This document shows, piece by piece, positions 17,800-27,779 of a stretch of DNA of 64,000 nucleotides (the stretch's first letter is position 1; every line of letters begins with the position of its first letter). A model generated the notes under the pieces. The model made no database searches. It was not told the DNA's origin and saw only the letters and a program-made list of their open reading frames with translations. Position numbers and translations under genes: made by a program. Source of the stretch: Candidatus Daviesbacteria bacterium. Lineage in GTDB: Bacteria; Patescibacteriota; Microgenomatia; Daviesbacterales; UBA10151. The stretch lies in the NCBI GenBank assembly GCA_016187025.1, contig JACPKM010000004.1:228887-292886 (forward strand), in the 5' to 3' direction.

Positions 17800-19818
17800 C
17801 TAGTCAGGCATTACTTCTTTTGCCAAACTGGATAATTTTGCCTGAAGGGGTGGATATTTGTCAAGCGTAGGATCATCAGACAAAATATTTTTTGCAGCCT
17901 CCCTTGTTTTTTCAATTAATGTCAGATCAGAAAATGAGGCTATTTTTAAATCAAACCTGCCTGATTGTCTGGTGCCAAAAATTTCCCCTGCTCCCCTAAT
18001 TTTTAAATCTAGTTCTGCCAATTTTAATCCATCATCAATTTTTTCTAGGTTTTTTAGCCTGCTTATGGCTGATGAGTCAGAGCCTTCAGTAAAAAGCAAA
18101 CAATAAGATTGCTTCTCACCTCTGCCTACCCTGCCTCTTAGCTGATGCAGTTGTGCCAAACCAAACCTTTCAGCAGACTCTATTACCATGATTGTGGCAT
18201 TTGTTACATCAACCCCTACTTCGACAACGGAGGTGGCAACCAGGATATCTATTTTTTTATCTTTAAAACCGTTTAACACTTGCTCCTTCTCTTTTGATTT
18301 TAGTCTTCCATGTAAAATTCCAAGTTTTAGATCAGAAAAAACTTGCTTTTGTAGTTTTTCATACTCATAAGTTGCAGCTTTTGCCGAGGTTAAGGTTTCT
18401 GAAAGCTCAATTAAGGGGGTAATTATGTAAGCCTGATCACCGTCTTTAACTTTTTTTCTGATAAACTCATATGCATCAGTTCGTTTTTTTGATGGAACCA
18501 CATGAGTATTTATCTTTTTCCGGCCTTTTGGCAGCTCATCTATTACTGAGATATCCAAATCTCCATATAAAGTTAAGGCAACAGTCCTTGGAATGGGTGT
18601 AGCAGTAGTTGTTAAAAAATGGGGTAGTTTGCCCCTGCTTCTCAAAACCGTTCTCTGCCCTACCCCAAACCTTTGCTGCTCATCTATGATGACTAAACCT
18701 ACATCTTCGGTAATTAATTTATCTGAGAGTAAAGCATGGGTGCCGATTATCACATCTCCTTTTTCAGATTTTCTGCTTCCTGTATAAATTCCAACTTTGA
18801 TCCCCATTGGCTCAAGCAGTCTTGAAACAGTAGACAGATGCTGAAAAGCCAAAACCTCAGTAGGAGCCATAAAAAGAGTTTTGAGGCTGTTTAAATAAGT
18901 TACATACATAATCACAGCTGCAACAACAGTTTTACCAGAGCCTACCTCGCCTTGTATCAGCCGGTTCATCGGTTGGTTTCTCCCCAAATCATTTAGAACA
19001 TCTTTTATTACTCTTTTTTGAGCAGAGGTTAGCTCAAATGGCAGCCCTTTTATAAACTTTTCTACTTTTTTTATATTGGGGTTTAAAGGTTTGGTAGCAG
19101 GTTTATTTTTCCAGCTCAACCTCATCTTTTGGGTTGCCAGCTGAATATAGAAAAGCTCATCAAAGCCGAGTCTCTCTTTTGCTTTTTGCACATCTTCATA
19201 ATTTTTTGGAAAATGTATTTTGGAAATTGCATCATCTAAATCAAGCATGCTATCTTTAACCTCCTTTGGCAAAGGATCACTGATTTGCTCTTTCACCTTG
19301 GGAAGCATTTGAGAGATTTTTGCTCTTAACCATTTCGAAGTCAGCCCATAAGTTTCAGGATAAACAGGAACCAGTCTGCCAGTATGTAAGGTTGTAGTGG
19401 GTAGTGAGTAGGTTTCAGGTAACTTCTCCCAAACAGGGGCAACTATAGAGATTTTATTTTTGTATTTGCTCACTTTGCCTGAAACCTGTAACCTGTCACC
19501 TGTTTTTATCTGTTTTGTGAGCCAGCTTTGGTGAAACCAGGTTAACTCAATAGGACTGGTGCCATCATTAAAAATTGCCTGAGTAATGATTTTTCTTGAT
19601 CTGGTGAAGATGTTTCTAATTGACCAAATTTCGCCCTGTAAGGTCACTTTTTCACCTACTTTAGCATCTAAAGCACTAGATACATTGGAAAAATCATCAT
19701 ACCTAAAAGGGAAATGATAAATTAGATCTTCCAGAGTATAAAGGTTTAGCCTCTCTAGCTTTTTTGCAGTTGTGTACCCGATTCCTGATATTTGACTTAG
19801 CTGAAGCTTTAAATCCAT
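17800..19818 (-). CDS. recG: ATP-dependent DNA helicase RecG
   Basis: N-terminal wedge domain, Walker A GEVGSGKTVVA, DEQQRFGV (DExH), motif VI QLHQLRGRVGRG. 672 aa. Confidence 0.9.
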   Translation of the reverse strand: MDLKLQLSQISGIGYTTAKKLERLNLYTLEDLIYHFPFRYDDFSNVSSALDAKVGEKVTLQGEIWSIRNIFTRSRKIITQAIFNDGTSPIELTWFHQSWLTKQIKTGDRLQVSGKVSKYKNKISIVAPVWEKLPETYSLPTTTLHTGRLVPVYPETYGLTSKWLRAKISQMLPKVKEQISDPLPKEVKDSMLDLDDAISKIHFPKNYEDVQKAKERLGFDELFYIQLATQKMRLSWKNKPATKPLNPNIKKVEKFIKGLPFELTSAQKRVIKDVLNDLGRNQPMNRLIQGEVGSGKTVVAAVIMYVTYLNSLKTLFMAPTEVLAFQHLSTVSRLLEPMGIKVGIYTGSRKSEKGDVIIGTHALLSDKLITEDVGLVIIDEQQRFGVGQRTVLRSRGKLPHFLTTTATPIPRTVALTLYGDLDISVIDELPKGRKKINTHVVPSKKRTDAYEFIRKKVKDGDQAYIITPLIELSETLTSAKAATYEYEKLQKQVFSDLKLGILHGRLKSKEKEQVLNGFKDKKIDILVATSVVEVGVDVTNATIMVIESAERFGLAQLHQLRGRVGRGEKQSYCLLFTEGSDSSAISRLKNLEKIDDGLKLAELDLKIRGAGEIFGTRQSGRFDLKIASFSDLTLIEKTREAAKNILSDDPTLDKYPPLQAKLSSLAKEVMPD

Positions 19819-19955
19819 TACGGGGATATTTTACTATAGATTGGTTTGCTACGGGGTTACTAATAACTAAACAAGCTAGTAATTCGGGTTTTATTTGGTA
19901 TAAACTGGAGTAAGCAGTTGATGCTATAATTCGAGCAAAGCGAGAATCCTAAAAT

Positions 19956-20350
19956 ATGCTTCCCAATAGAGTTTATTGTTATGTTGATGAAAGTGGCCAA
20001 GATACTGAAGGTGAAATCTTTCTATACTAACAATTGCTAAAACAGTTTTTGCCATTAAAGACTATAAAGAGCACAGATTTATTGTTTTAGTAGATGGGTT
20101 AGGTAAAAAGGATCAAAAATATTATGGTTCAGAGCTTAGAAAACTTGGTGTTCCCTCAAGGGAGGTAAAAGGAGTAACGAGAGATCAAAGTGATGCCTTA
20201 ATAAGGCTTGCTGATAGCATAGCTGGTTTTGTTAGAGATGTAATTGAGAGTAAAGATAAGGATAAGCAGAGCTTGCAAGATAAATCTTTTAAAAAGCTTG
20301 AATCGCTTTTTGAAAAGGCGGTTGATGATAACATACTGGTTGAGGTTTAG
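19956..20350 (+). pseudogene. Frameshifted/truncated DUF3800-family remnant
   Basis: Frame 1 MLPNRVYCYVDESGQDTEGEIFLY then stop at 20028-20030. Out-of-frame continuation ...IVLVDGLGKK...DALIRLADSIAGFVRDV...*. YVDESG N-terminal and LADxxAG C-terminal motifs match DUF3800 but total length is under 60% of typical. Confidence 0.45.
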
Positions 20351-20353
20351 GCC

Positions 20354-20379
20354 ATAAAAAACCCCCTATTGCTAGGGGG
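20354..20379 (-). terminator. Rho-independent terminator (minus strand)
   Basis: Perfect 7-bp stem CCCCCTA/TAGGGGG with 4-nt loop (20362-20379), preceded on + strand by ATAAAAAA, i.e. a U-tract after the stem on the minus strand. Downstream of the island operon/recG fragment. Confidence 0.5.
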
Positions 20380-20498
20380 AGCAGCCTAGTCCTTCGATTT
20401 CTCTCAGAACAGCTCACCTGTACGATTAGTCTTCGGCTGAACTTTAAATAAATCCTACCACAAAACTTTATCTTTGTCAAAAAAAACATTCTTTTGTG

Positions 20499-20720
20499 TT
20501 AAGCGAAGTTTAAATTTCTAATTGACCAAATTTCGCCCTGTAAGGTCACTTTTTCACCTACTTTAGCACCTAAAGCACTAGATACATTGGAAAAATCATC
20601 ATACCTAAAAGGAAAATGATAAATCAAATCCTCAATAGTGTTTAAACTAAAGAAGCTTAGTTTATAGGCAAGGAATGATCCGATACCTGAGATTTGAATT
20701 AGAGTAGTTTTGAGATCCAT
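20499..20720 (-). pseudogene. Duplicated 5' fragment of recG (codons 1-~70), truncated
   Basis: Encodes MDLKTTLIQISGIG...EDLIYHFPFRYDDFSNVSSALGAKVGEKVTLQGEIWSIRN then stop. nt 20516-~20632 are near-identical (1-2 mismatches in ~115 nt) to recG nt 19614-~19730. More 5' part diverged. Confidence 0.6.
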
Positions 20721-20756
20721 GAAGATGTATTTTACTACTATTATCTTAATAGACTA

Positions 20757-22670
20757 TCAGGTGTTCTTGACTTTTTTGAAGTCAAAAGCTAGTTTCTTAC
20801 CTTGAGTAATCTGAAAACCAGATACTTCCCATCCAGGAGTTTTTTCTGTGAGCTTTTCTTTAATAATTCTATTTAAATTGGCAACATAACCTTCTATCTC
20901 TCCCCTTTTTAATTCAGCAATTCCTAAGTTTCCTACATGATGATTTTTAACACTTACTCCTCCTGAAGAATCATTTACAAGTTCAACATCAAATGTCGTA
21001 TCTACATTTACAGTTCCAAAAAAGGTTTTTTTCTCTGCATGGACTCCAGCAGAAATAGCCAGTCCTCCTTCAGGCGTAAACTGGTATTGAGGATTTAAGA
21101 TGCGACCATTTGCTGGAAGTGGTAACGTTTTAACATAATCTACAAGTCTGTCAACTCCTGCAACAATTCTTTGTCTTTCAGATCTACTTCCTCTTAATGT
21201 TTCGTTTAATTGATCTATCAGAGATACTCCTGGTTTAGGAGTAATTTCTGTGGTATGTACTTGTGGAACAGCAGGTTTTTCGCTCTTAGTTGGTGGAAAA
21301 GATGGACCCTTGTTTTCTGATATTACAGGTTTTGGTTGTAGATTATTGCTTGGCCTCAATATTACTGCGGGAGATAAGGTTAGTCCGTAGTATCTAATTA
21401 TATCCTGAACGGATTTATATACAGCTCGACCAATACTTGGATCAACAATTTGCACTTCTAAGTTTCCATCACTTGTTCTTCTTACTCTACGTCCAGGTAA
21501 TATAAAGCCTATTCGTCCTGTTTCAACACCTCTTGGACCAATAGTACAGTCATTAATAGGTAAAATTGCTACTGCTCCTTCTTCAACGTTTTGAAGTATA
21601 TCTGCAAGGGAGTTTGTTTCTCTAAATCTTATCTCAGGTGCTTGTAAAGATAATGCGGAAAGTAACTCCTTTATACTTCCACCTCTTTGATGCTCCGTAG
21701 CATATCTACTACCTCCAAGTGCTGCGATCAAAGCACCTTCAGCATGTCTAGAGTGATTAAACCCTTCTCCTAGAAGATGTCTTATAGCATTTTCAGCTGA
21801 AGCAAACACAGAGCTGTCCATTCCAAAAGGATCTGCCTGCGTTCTAATATTTCGTACAGGTTGAGGTTCACGTAAATGCATTAATCTTGGATATCTTTGC
21901 CTGACATCCTTCTCAGCTTCGCGAAACCTCATGAGAGTTTTATCATCAAAATTAAATCCTCTTTCTCTTGCTTCATTCCCCATCCTTGCAAGTTCATTTT
22001 CTAGAACCCTATCAAGTACCCTCCCTGAGTTTGGTGATCCAGAAGGAGTTTTAGTGTCTTTTTTTCCTTCTTTTTGTAATATTCTGGCTTGTTTTAGATA
22101 TACCCACTGTGAACCATAAATTACTGTGGCTGCCTCATCTATTGACTTTGCATATTCTGACTTTACTTTTTCTCTATCTTGAGGTTTATTAGCCTGCTCA
22201 ATTGTCTTTAAAAATCTTTGTGACATTTTTTCAAATTCTAAAGCTGTAGGATAATCTCTTGCTACTCTGTATATATCTCTTGGTACCAGCTGATTTTCTT
22301 GAGTAATATCTCCTCTTCTGGTGGCAAATGAGACCACTCTTCTTAAATGTCTATGGTCTGCATCTTCTCCTTTGAATCTATCAAATACAGCCACTGGATT
22401 TTCTCTATCAGATTGAGCATCAACAGGAGTGGGAATAACAGCTAACAGTTGTCTTAAATCTTTATCACCTATACTACCTGATACCAGTCCTTGATGGTAC
22501 TTATCTTTCTCATCAGTAGTTACATCTACTTTATCCAAAAGTACCAATCTTGGATTTCCTCTGACAATTGAGGCTACTATTTTATTTTGACGTCTAATAT
22601 TAGGGATAGGTTCTTGTTGGGCAACCATTAATGAAGCTGATATTTCAGATGAGTGTTCTGTACTTGCCAT
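20757..22670 (-). CDS. Lineage-specific protein: N-terminal shared domain A (~190 aa) + unique C-terminal region
   Basis: Residues ~25-215 (RRQNKIVASIVRGNPRLVLLD...YGSQWVYLKQARILQKEGKKDT) are paralogous to the N-terminus of 24237..25565 and the C-terminus of 25735..27741. Start set at MAS (22670). No signal peptide. Confidence 0.6.
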   Translation of the reverse strand: MASTEHSSEISASLMVAQQEPIPNIRRQNKIVASIVRGNPRLVLLDKVDVTTDEKDKYHQGLVSGSIGDKDLRQLLAVIPTPVDAQSDRENPVAVFDRFKGEDADHRHLRRVVSFATRRGDITQENQLVPRDIYRVARDYPTALEFEKMSQRFLKTIEQANKPQDREKVKSEYAKSIDEAATVIYGSQWVYLKQARILQKEGKKDTKTPSGSPNSGRVLDRVLENELARMGNEARERGFNFDDKTLMRFREAEKDVRQRYPRLMHLREPQPVRNIRTQADPFGMDSSVFASAENAIRHLLGEGFNHSRHAEGALIAALGGSRYATEHQRGGSIKELLSALSLQAPEIRFRETNSLADILQNVEEGAVAILPINDCTIGPRGVETGRIGFILPGRRVRRTSDGNLEVQIVDPSIGRAVYKSVQDIIRYYGLTLSPAVILRPSNNLQPKPVISENKGPSFPPTKSEKPAVPQVHTTEITPKPGVSLIDQLNETLRGSRSERQRIVAGVDRLVDYVKTLPLPANGRILNPQYQFTPEGGLAISAGVHAEKKTFFGTVNVDTTFDVELVNDSSGGVSVKNHHVGNLGIAELKRGEIEGYVANLNRIIKEKLTEKTPGWEVSGFQITQGKKLAFDFKKVKNT

Positions 22671-22779
22671 AATTATGTATTTTAACATAAATTATAGGAT
22701 AGATCTATCTAGTTAAGAACAAAACCTAACCAATATCAAACCTATAACACTTGACAAAAGGGCATTCATATTCAAGCTC

Positions 22780-24234
22780 CTACTGAATTGAAGAGGTGAC
22801 TGTAGTAGATGGTTCGCCCCTACCCAGTAATTTGTTTTTGACTAATTTTCTAATGGATTGCCAATATTTGTTTACTCTATCAGAAGTATAAGGATCTCCT
22901 CCATCTGGAATGAGCATATGTTGAGGTAGAAATCCGTTTTGAGCTTCATCTCGAATACTTTCTACCTGCATCCCTCTTACATGCTGGAAATTTACAATAT
23001 TATGTGCTCTGTTTACACCTCCGTCCCCCCAATAAGGGTCATGTATGATTATTTCTTTTTGAGGATCTGCTTCTGGTATTGTTGTATCGACATTACTTCT
23101 ATTAAGAAGTAGCTCTTTGGCAAGCCCTAAACCTGAAAGGCCAATAGTGAACAGATTTCCTAAATTTCCCATACCTACAGATAAAAGATTTCTATCAAAA
23201 TCCGGTTGCATCATTCCTTGATCAATTTCTGTTTGCATAAGGTCATAGAGTTCTTTTACAAAAAAGTAATTCTCCTTCACCTTTGATTGAAGCTTTTTTA
23301 ACAAAGCCTTAACCAGGACATTTTTACGATAACTTCTTTCGTCCTGTTTACCATCGGGGTTTTCATCCTCCGCCAGAATAAACCTCATTGCTGTTAAAGT
23401 ATCCATCTGCTGAGGACCGGCTTTAATAAGTTTTGGACCATATTCTTGACCACCTAGTTTAAAGGGTCCAGTTAGGTGATCTTTTTGCACCTGCACATCT
23501 AAAGGACCAACTTTATCCAAGAGATCTCTGATTACTGTATCTTTTATAACCATCTGGTAATCTATTGCCAAACCTGTGGCTTCTTCCACAACTTCTCGAA
23601 CTTGATCAAACTTTCCTTCACGATAAACATGACGCATATACATAGTTTGCACTCTTCCATCACTTTGTCTTTTTTCTAAATTCGGTGTTCTTATATCGCG
23701 GCTTAAAGATACTGACCTGATTTTTCCAGTTTTCAAATCATAAGAGATGACTGTAGGTGATCCACCATAGTTTGCATAACTTTCTCCATGCTCTTCCCAA
23801 TATACCCATAAAACTGCATTAACTGTGTTGTCGCTAAGTTCCTTATCAACCCTTTTACTATATTCCGGATCGTTTCTTTCTCTTTCTGCTCTTTTGCGGT
23901 ATGCCTGTTCAACAAAAGGTTTTAGGAGTTCATTAGTAAGTTTTACTTCTTTAACTGGTGGTTTAGTTGGTTCAGCAGTAGCGGTTGGAGGTAGTGGGGG
24001 TTGATCTCCTTTTGAAGGTATATTTGTAGGGGGAAAATGCTGATTTGATTCTACTCGAGGAGTTCGCAATAATCCTGGAACTAGTAAAGAGGCGAAACCC
24101 GCAGCGACAGCAGCACCACCACCCAATAAAAATCTTCTCCTGGAAGCATCCGGAGGGATAGCTCCAGATTCACCGAGTCTTATGAAATTAACTTTTCCTC
24201 CTAAAATTGGATCTATTTCAGATATTGGTTCCAT
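22780..24234 (-). CDS. LytR-CpsA-Psr (LCP) family protein with twin-arginine-type N-terminal signal/anchor
   Basis: SRRRFLLGGGAAVAAGFASLL (S-R-R-x-F-L motif + hydrophobic h-region). LCP-like blocks: VISYDLKTGKIRSVSLSRDI (cf. ...VSIPRDT), GLAIDYQMVIKDTVIRDLLDKVGPLDV (cf. IDYY..GF..IVDAVGGVDV), DTLTAMRFILAEDENPDGKQDER (cf. ALAFTR.R..D..GDF.R). Confidence 0.6.
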   Translation of the reverse strand: MEPISEIDPILGGKVNFIRLGESGAIPPDASRRRFLLGGGAAVAAGFASLLVPGLLRTPRVESNQHFPPTNIPSKGDQPPLPPTATAEPTKPPVKEVKLTNELLKPFVEQAYRKRAERERNDPEYSKRVDKELSDNTVNAVLWVYWEEHGESYANYGGSPTVISYDLKTGKIRSVSLSRDIRTPNLEKRQSDGRVQTMYMRHVYREGKFDQVREVVEEATGLAIDYQMVIKDTVIRDLLDKVGPLDVQVQKDHLTGPFKLGGQEYGPKLIKAGPQQMDTLTAMRFILAEDENPDGKQDERSYRKNVLVKALLKKLQSKVKENYFFVKELYDLMQTEIDQGMMQPDFDRNLLSVGMGNLGNLFTIGLSGLGLAKELLLNRSNVDTTIPEADPQKEIIIHDPYWGDGGVNRAHNIVNFQHVRGMQVESIRDEAQNGFLPQHMLIPDGGDPYTSDRVNKYWQSIRKLVKNKLLGRGEPSTTVTSSIQ

Positions 24235-24236
24235 AA

Positions 24237-25565
24237 TTATCTTAATTTAGGTAATCTTATACCTAAGAATTTAGATCTTGCCGGTTTTGGCGATAAATCT
24301 AAAAGAATCTTTGCGCAGTAGCTTAAAGCTAATAATTTACCATTTATCTCAGGTGTTGGAGCATAGCCCCTCCTACCTACATTTTGTGTATATTCATAGA
24401 TATCTTTATAAACTTCTCTGTCAGCAAAAGGCTTGGTCCTGGGATGCTGCATCCTGGAATTAATATGGTTAACAATTAAGTTTGCAAGACTCGCCTTTTG
24501 GCTTATTGTAAGAGTAGTATCTCTAAGAAAGGTTGAAGACAAATGTTGATAGACTCTACGAACCAGATCTGATGATAAATTAGTTAAATTTCTGGCAACA
24601 TTGGGCCAATCTGAGGCCAGGCCTTGAAAAATAAAGGTTAACTCTGGATTGGAAAGAGCTGTAAAATTTCTTCTATTTTCTTCTGTGTCGAAAAATAATG
24701 GCCTGGAAAAATAAAGTCCTAATTTTACCCGAAGCAATGAACGTTGTTCTGGTGTTAGACTCATAGTTTGAGTTGTGTGATCCACAAGCGATTCAATCAT
24801 GGAAGCTACAGTTGTAGCTTCTGCAGGTTGAAGGTCGGGAACCGGGTTTATATTTACTATGTCTGCTTCAGCGGGTTTTAAGACTATCTCGACATCTGGT
24901 GCTGCAACAACTTTTACCTTGGCTGCTTCAGTGTCTTTCCTTCCTTCTTTTTGTAATATTCTAGCTTGTTTGAGATAAGTCCATTGGCCGGCATAAATAG
25001 CTTGTCCGATAGTATCAAGTGTACCGATATACTCTAGCCTAACTTTTTCTCTATCTTCTGGCCTGTTTGCTTCTGAAACAGCTTTTAGTACTTGTGGAAT
25101 TACTTGTTCAAAATCTAAAGCAGTAGGTAGTTTTTCAGTTACGGCATAAAGATCTGATGCTTTGATTTGGTCTTGTGGAGTGATGCTTCCTCTGGTAATA
25201 AAGGCTACCGCTCTTCTCATGTGTCGTTGTTGGAAACCATCTCCCTCAAATCTTGCAAACAAATGTACTGGATTTCTACTATCTGGTGCAGCTTGAACAG
25301 CTGTCGGTAATATGGATACAGCTTTTTTAAAGTCTATTGCAGCTATAGTTCCTTCTCTAATACCTTTGGCAAAGTTTGCTCTTTCATAATCGCTTATTGG
25401 TACTACATCAGGTAATAGTAAACGGGGATTGCCGCGCAATACAGCTGCAATTATTTTATCTTGTCTTCTTGGATTAGGCTCTAGTCTTTCAGGGGGTAAT
25501 AAAGTTATTGAAGAGCTATCAGTTCCTAAAGGATTAGATGAATTACTTTCTGCTGCCTCTGCCAT
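24237..25565 (-). CDS. Lineage-specific protein: N-terminal shared domain A + unique C-terminal region
   Basis: RRQDKIIAAVLRGNPRLLLPD...YAGQWTYLKQARILQKEGRKDT domain A (aa ~30-215). C-terminal 220 aa unrelated to 20757 gene. Start 3 nt after LCP gene stop. Confidence 0.6.
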   Translation of the reverse strand: MAEAAESNSSNPLGTDSSSITLLPPERLEPNPRRQDKIIAAVLRGNPRLLLPDVVPISDYERANFAKGIREGTIAAIDFKKAVSILPTAVQAAPDSRNPVHLFARFEGDGFQQRHMRRAVAFITRGSITPQDQIKASDLYAVTEKLPTALDFEQVIPQVLKAVSEANRPEDREKVRLEYIGTLDTIGQAIYAGQWTYLKQARILQKEGRKDTEAAKVKVVAAPDVEIVLKPAEADIVNINPVPDLQPAEATTVASMIESLVDHTTQTMSLTPEQRSLLRVKLGLYFSRPLFFDTEENRRNFTALSNPELTFIFQGLASDWPNVARNLTNLSSDLVRRVYQHLSSTFLRDTTLTISQKASLANLIVNHINSRMQHPRTKPFADREVYKDIYEYTQNVGRRGYAPTPEINGKLLALSYCAKILLDLSPKPARSKFLGIRLPKLR

Positions 25566-25734
25566 ACTTTAATATTATTATCTGGAGAGTGAAAAATACA
25601 ACAATTATCTTTTCAAAGCTCGTATATTAAGTATAATTGCTCTTGTTACTAGATCAGGTTTCTGATTGGTACCCTCAGTAGCTTTTTGAGTGTGTCTTCC
25701 TTGCTTTTTCATTCTCCACTCAGGATAGTGTTGA

Positions 25735-27741
25735 TTATTTTCCTTGTCGCATTTGTTGCTCTAATATTCTGGCTTGTTTGAGATAGACCCATTGTGAGCC
25801 ATAAATTGTCATACCAACCTTATCTAAAACACTAACATACTCTAATCTAATCCTCTCTCTATCTTCTCGTTTATTTGCTTGCTCAACTGCAAGTAATAGC
25901 GTTGGTATTGTTTGCTCAAAATTAAGGGCAGTTGGAAACCGTTTTGCAAAAAAAGCAAGATCTGCAGCGGTTATTTGATCATGAGAGGTAAGATTACCTT
26001 TTGTCACATAAGAAACAATTCTACGCATCCTCCGAGCATCATCCGTAGCTTCCTTAAATTTAGCGAACAGACTTACTGGGCTTTCTGGATCTTTTTCATA
26101 TGCTAAAGAAGTTCGAATAACTTTAATCATATTTAAATACTGTGTTGATCCAATAACACCATCACGAACTCCCTTTTGGAAGAGTGCTCGCTCTGCTTCT
26201 GAAACGACAACTTTATCAACCAACACAAGACGATGATCTCCCCTTACAATCGCTGCAATTATTTTATCTTGTCTTCTTGGATCCGGAGAAGTATTTAGCT
26301 CAACTTGTGATTGTTCAGATGGCTTTTGTCTTACTTGGGATTCCCCTGTTTTGGTAGAGGATGGTAATTGGGGGCCTTGATTCCATGAGTCCATATAAAC
26401 GGTTGCCATATTAGTTTCGCCCCTTTTTATTGACTCTTGCATTCTTCTAGATCTTTCTATAAATCTGCTCATGTCTGTAATTACTATCCGGCTTCCGTGG
26501 ATATCTTTAGGGTCTCCTATGATTGTATATTGAATACCAACCATTTCTAGGTGAGTTCTATAAAACCAAGAATTCTTGCCCAAATGTTCTCCTTCCTCGT
26601 AGCCATTAATCACTTTATTTAATATTTGAGTTATTTCCGCTTTAAGTTGCTCTACCTTTGCTGGATTAGAATAATCAAACATGGGGAACTGATTTACATC
26701 TAAAGCCCTCATCTTAGCTTCTGCAGATGTATCACCAAATGGAATCTGTCTTCCTTGGCCTTCTAAATAGCTGCTTAATCCCCGCCTATTATTTGTGATT
26801 AATACTGTTCCATCACCGGCATATCCGAGTGTTCCTTTTGCTTTTCTTAGTGATCGTATTGTTTTCCCAGTCCATTCTTGTTCTCCTGTTTTTAGCGCAG
26901 AAGGGTAACCTCCAATCGCAGAGTAAATCGATGACTTCATTACAGAGTTTGCCCCAAATAAGTTTACATTTCCATTAATAAAACCACGTTTATCAAGCAG
27001 ATTGACAAATTCTGTTTTAGCATGAACAGCTGGAAATCTGGTAAAGGATTGAGGATCAAATAAAAGGTTTCCAACAGCACCTTCTTTATCAGGATGTTCT
27101 CTAAAATATTTTAAATATTCTTCTAGGTATTGTGGATTTAAGCCCTCACAATCAGCATCGTTACTCAGTAGTAATATATCCTTATAAACTCCCGCATTTT
27201 CTGTTCTTATTAGTGCAAGATCAGTTTGAATTTTTCTAATATTCCCAATCTTTACCTGCTCGTCTGGTAAGGTTGCTGCCACTAAGCGAATATTTAACCT
27301 AGGGAAAGTTTTTCCAGCACGTTTCACTTCTACAACAGTGGCTTTGTATGCGTCTTTTTTACTCTGCATTTGGGATTCAGGAGCGTTCACAAAAACGATT
27401 AACTCAAATTTTTTTGAGTCTAGTGTTTGTTCAGAGTAAAGTTTTAATGTCTTAAATATATTCCTTGCTTCTTGTATACCAGCAACCGGTATACAAACTA
27501 CGGCTTCTGTTTCAGGACGCATGCTTTTACCAATTTGACTATCTAGTCTTTTCAGTTGTGCTAAGTATTTTGGATCCTGTCTTTGTAGGTAACTTCTTCT
27601 TTCTGTGACCGGGTCTAATTTAGCATTTGGATTTTGTAATAATGTCGGAGAGGCAGCTACTCGATCAACTAAACTTACTTGTCTTAAGGTAAATGGGTTA
27701 TCAGGTGTGGATATGATATCTGCTGTTGGATCTTGGTCCAT
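25735..27741 (-). CDS. GT-A-like glycosyltransferase-domain protein with C-terminal domain A
   Basis: aa ~78-430 paralogous to the giant protein region aa ~1310-1710 (AVVCIPVAGIQE..., DxD-like SNDADC, GANSVMKSSIYSAIGGYP, EEGEHLGKNSWFYRTHLEMVGIQY). aa ~487-668 = domain A (PRRQDKIIAAIVRGDHRLVL...SQWVYLKQARILEQQ). Confidence 0.6.
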   Translation of the reverse strand: MDQDPTADIISTPDNPFTLRQVSLVDRVAASPTLLQNPNAKLDPVTERRSYLQRQDPKYLAQLKRLDSQIGKSMRPETEAVVCIPVAGIQEARNIFKTLKLYSEQTLDSKKFELIVFVNAPESQMQSKKDAYKATVVEVKRAGKTFPRLNIRLVAATLPDEQVKIGNIRKIQTDLALIRTENAGVYKDILLLSNDADCEGLNPQYLEEYLKYFREHPDKEGAVGNLLFDPQSFTRFPAVHAKTEFVNLLDKRGFINGNVNLFGANSVMKSSIYSAIGGYPSALKTGEQEWTGKTIRSLRKAKGTLGYAGDGTVLITNNRRGLSSYLEGQGRQIPFGDTSAEAKMRALDVNQFPMFDYSNPAKVEQLKAEITQILNKVINGYEEGEHLGKNSWFYRTHLEMVGIQYTIIGDPKDIHGSRIVITDMSRFIERSRRMQESIKRGETNMATVYMDSWNQGPQLPSSTKTGESQVRQKPSEQSQVELNTSPDPRRQDKIIAAIVRGDHRLVLVDKVVVSEAERALFQKGVRDGVIGSTQYLNMIKVIRTSLAYEKDPESPVSLFAKFKEATDDARRMRRIVSYVTKGNLTSHDQITAADLAFFAKRFPTALNFEQTIPTLLLAVEQANKREDRERIRLEYVSVLDKVGMTIYGSQWVYLKQARILEQQMRQGK

Positions 27742-27779
27742 ATTTAAATAATTACTTGATTAGTTTGAGCTTGCATTGT

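Noticed and set aside
20289-20489. 66-aa minus-strand ORF overlapping the terminator and DUF3800 remnant
   Set aside because: Spans a hairpin/terminator and noncoding junction. No protein-like features.
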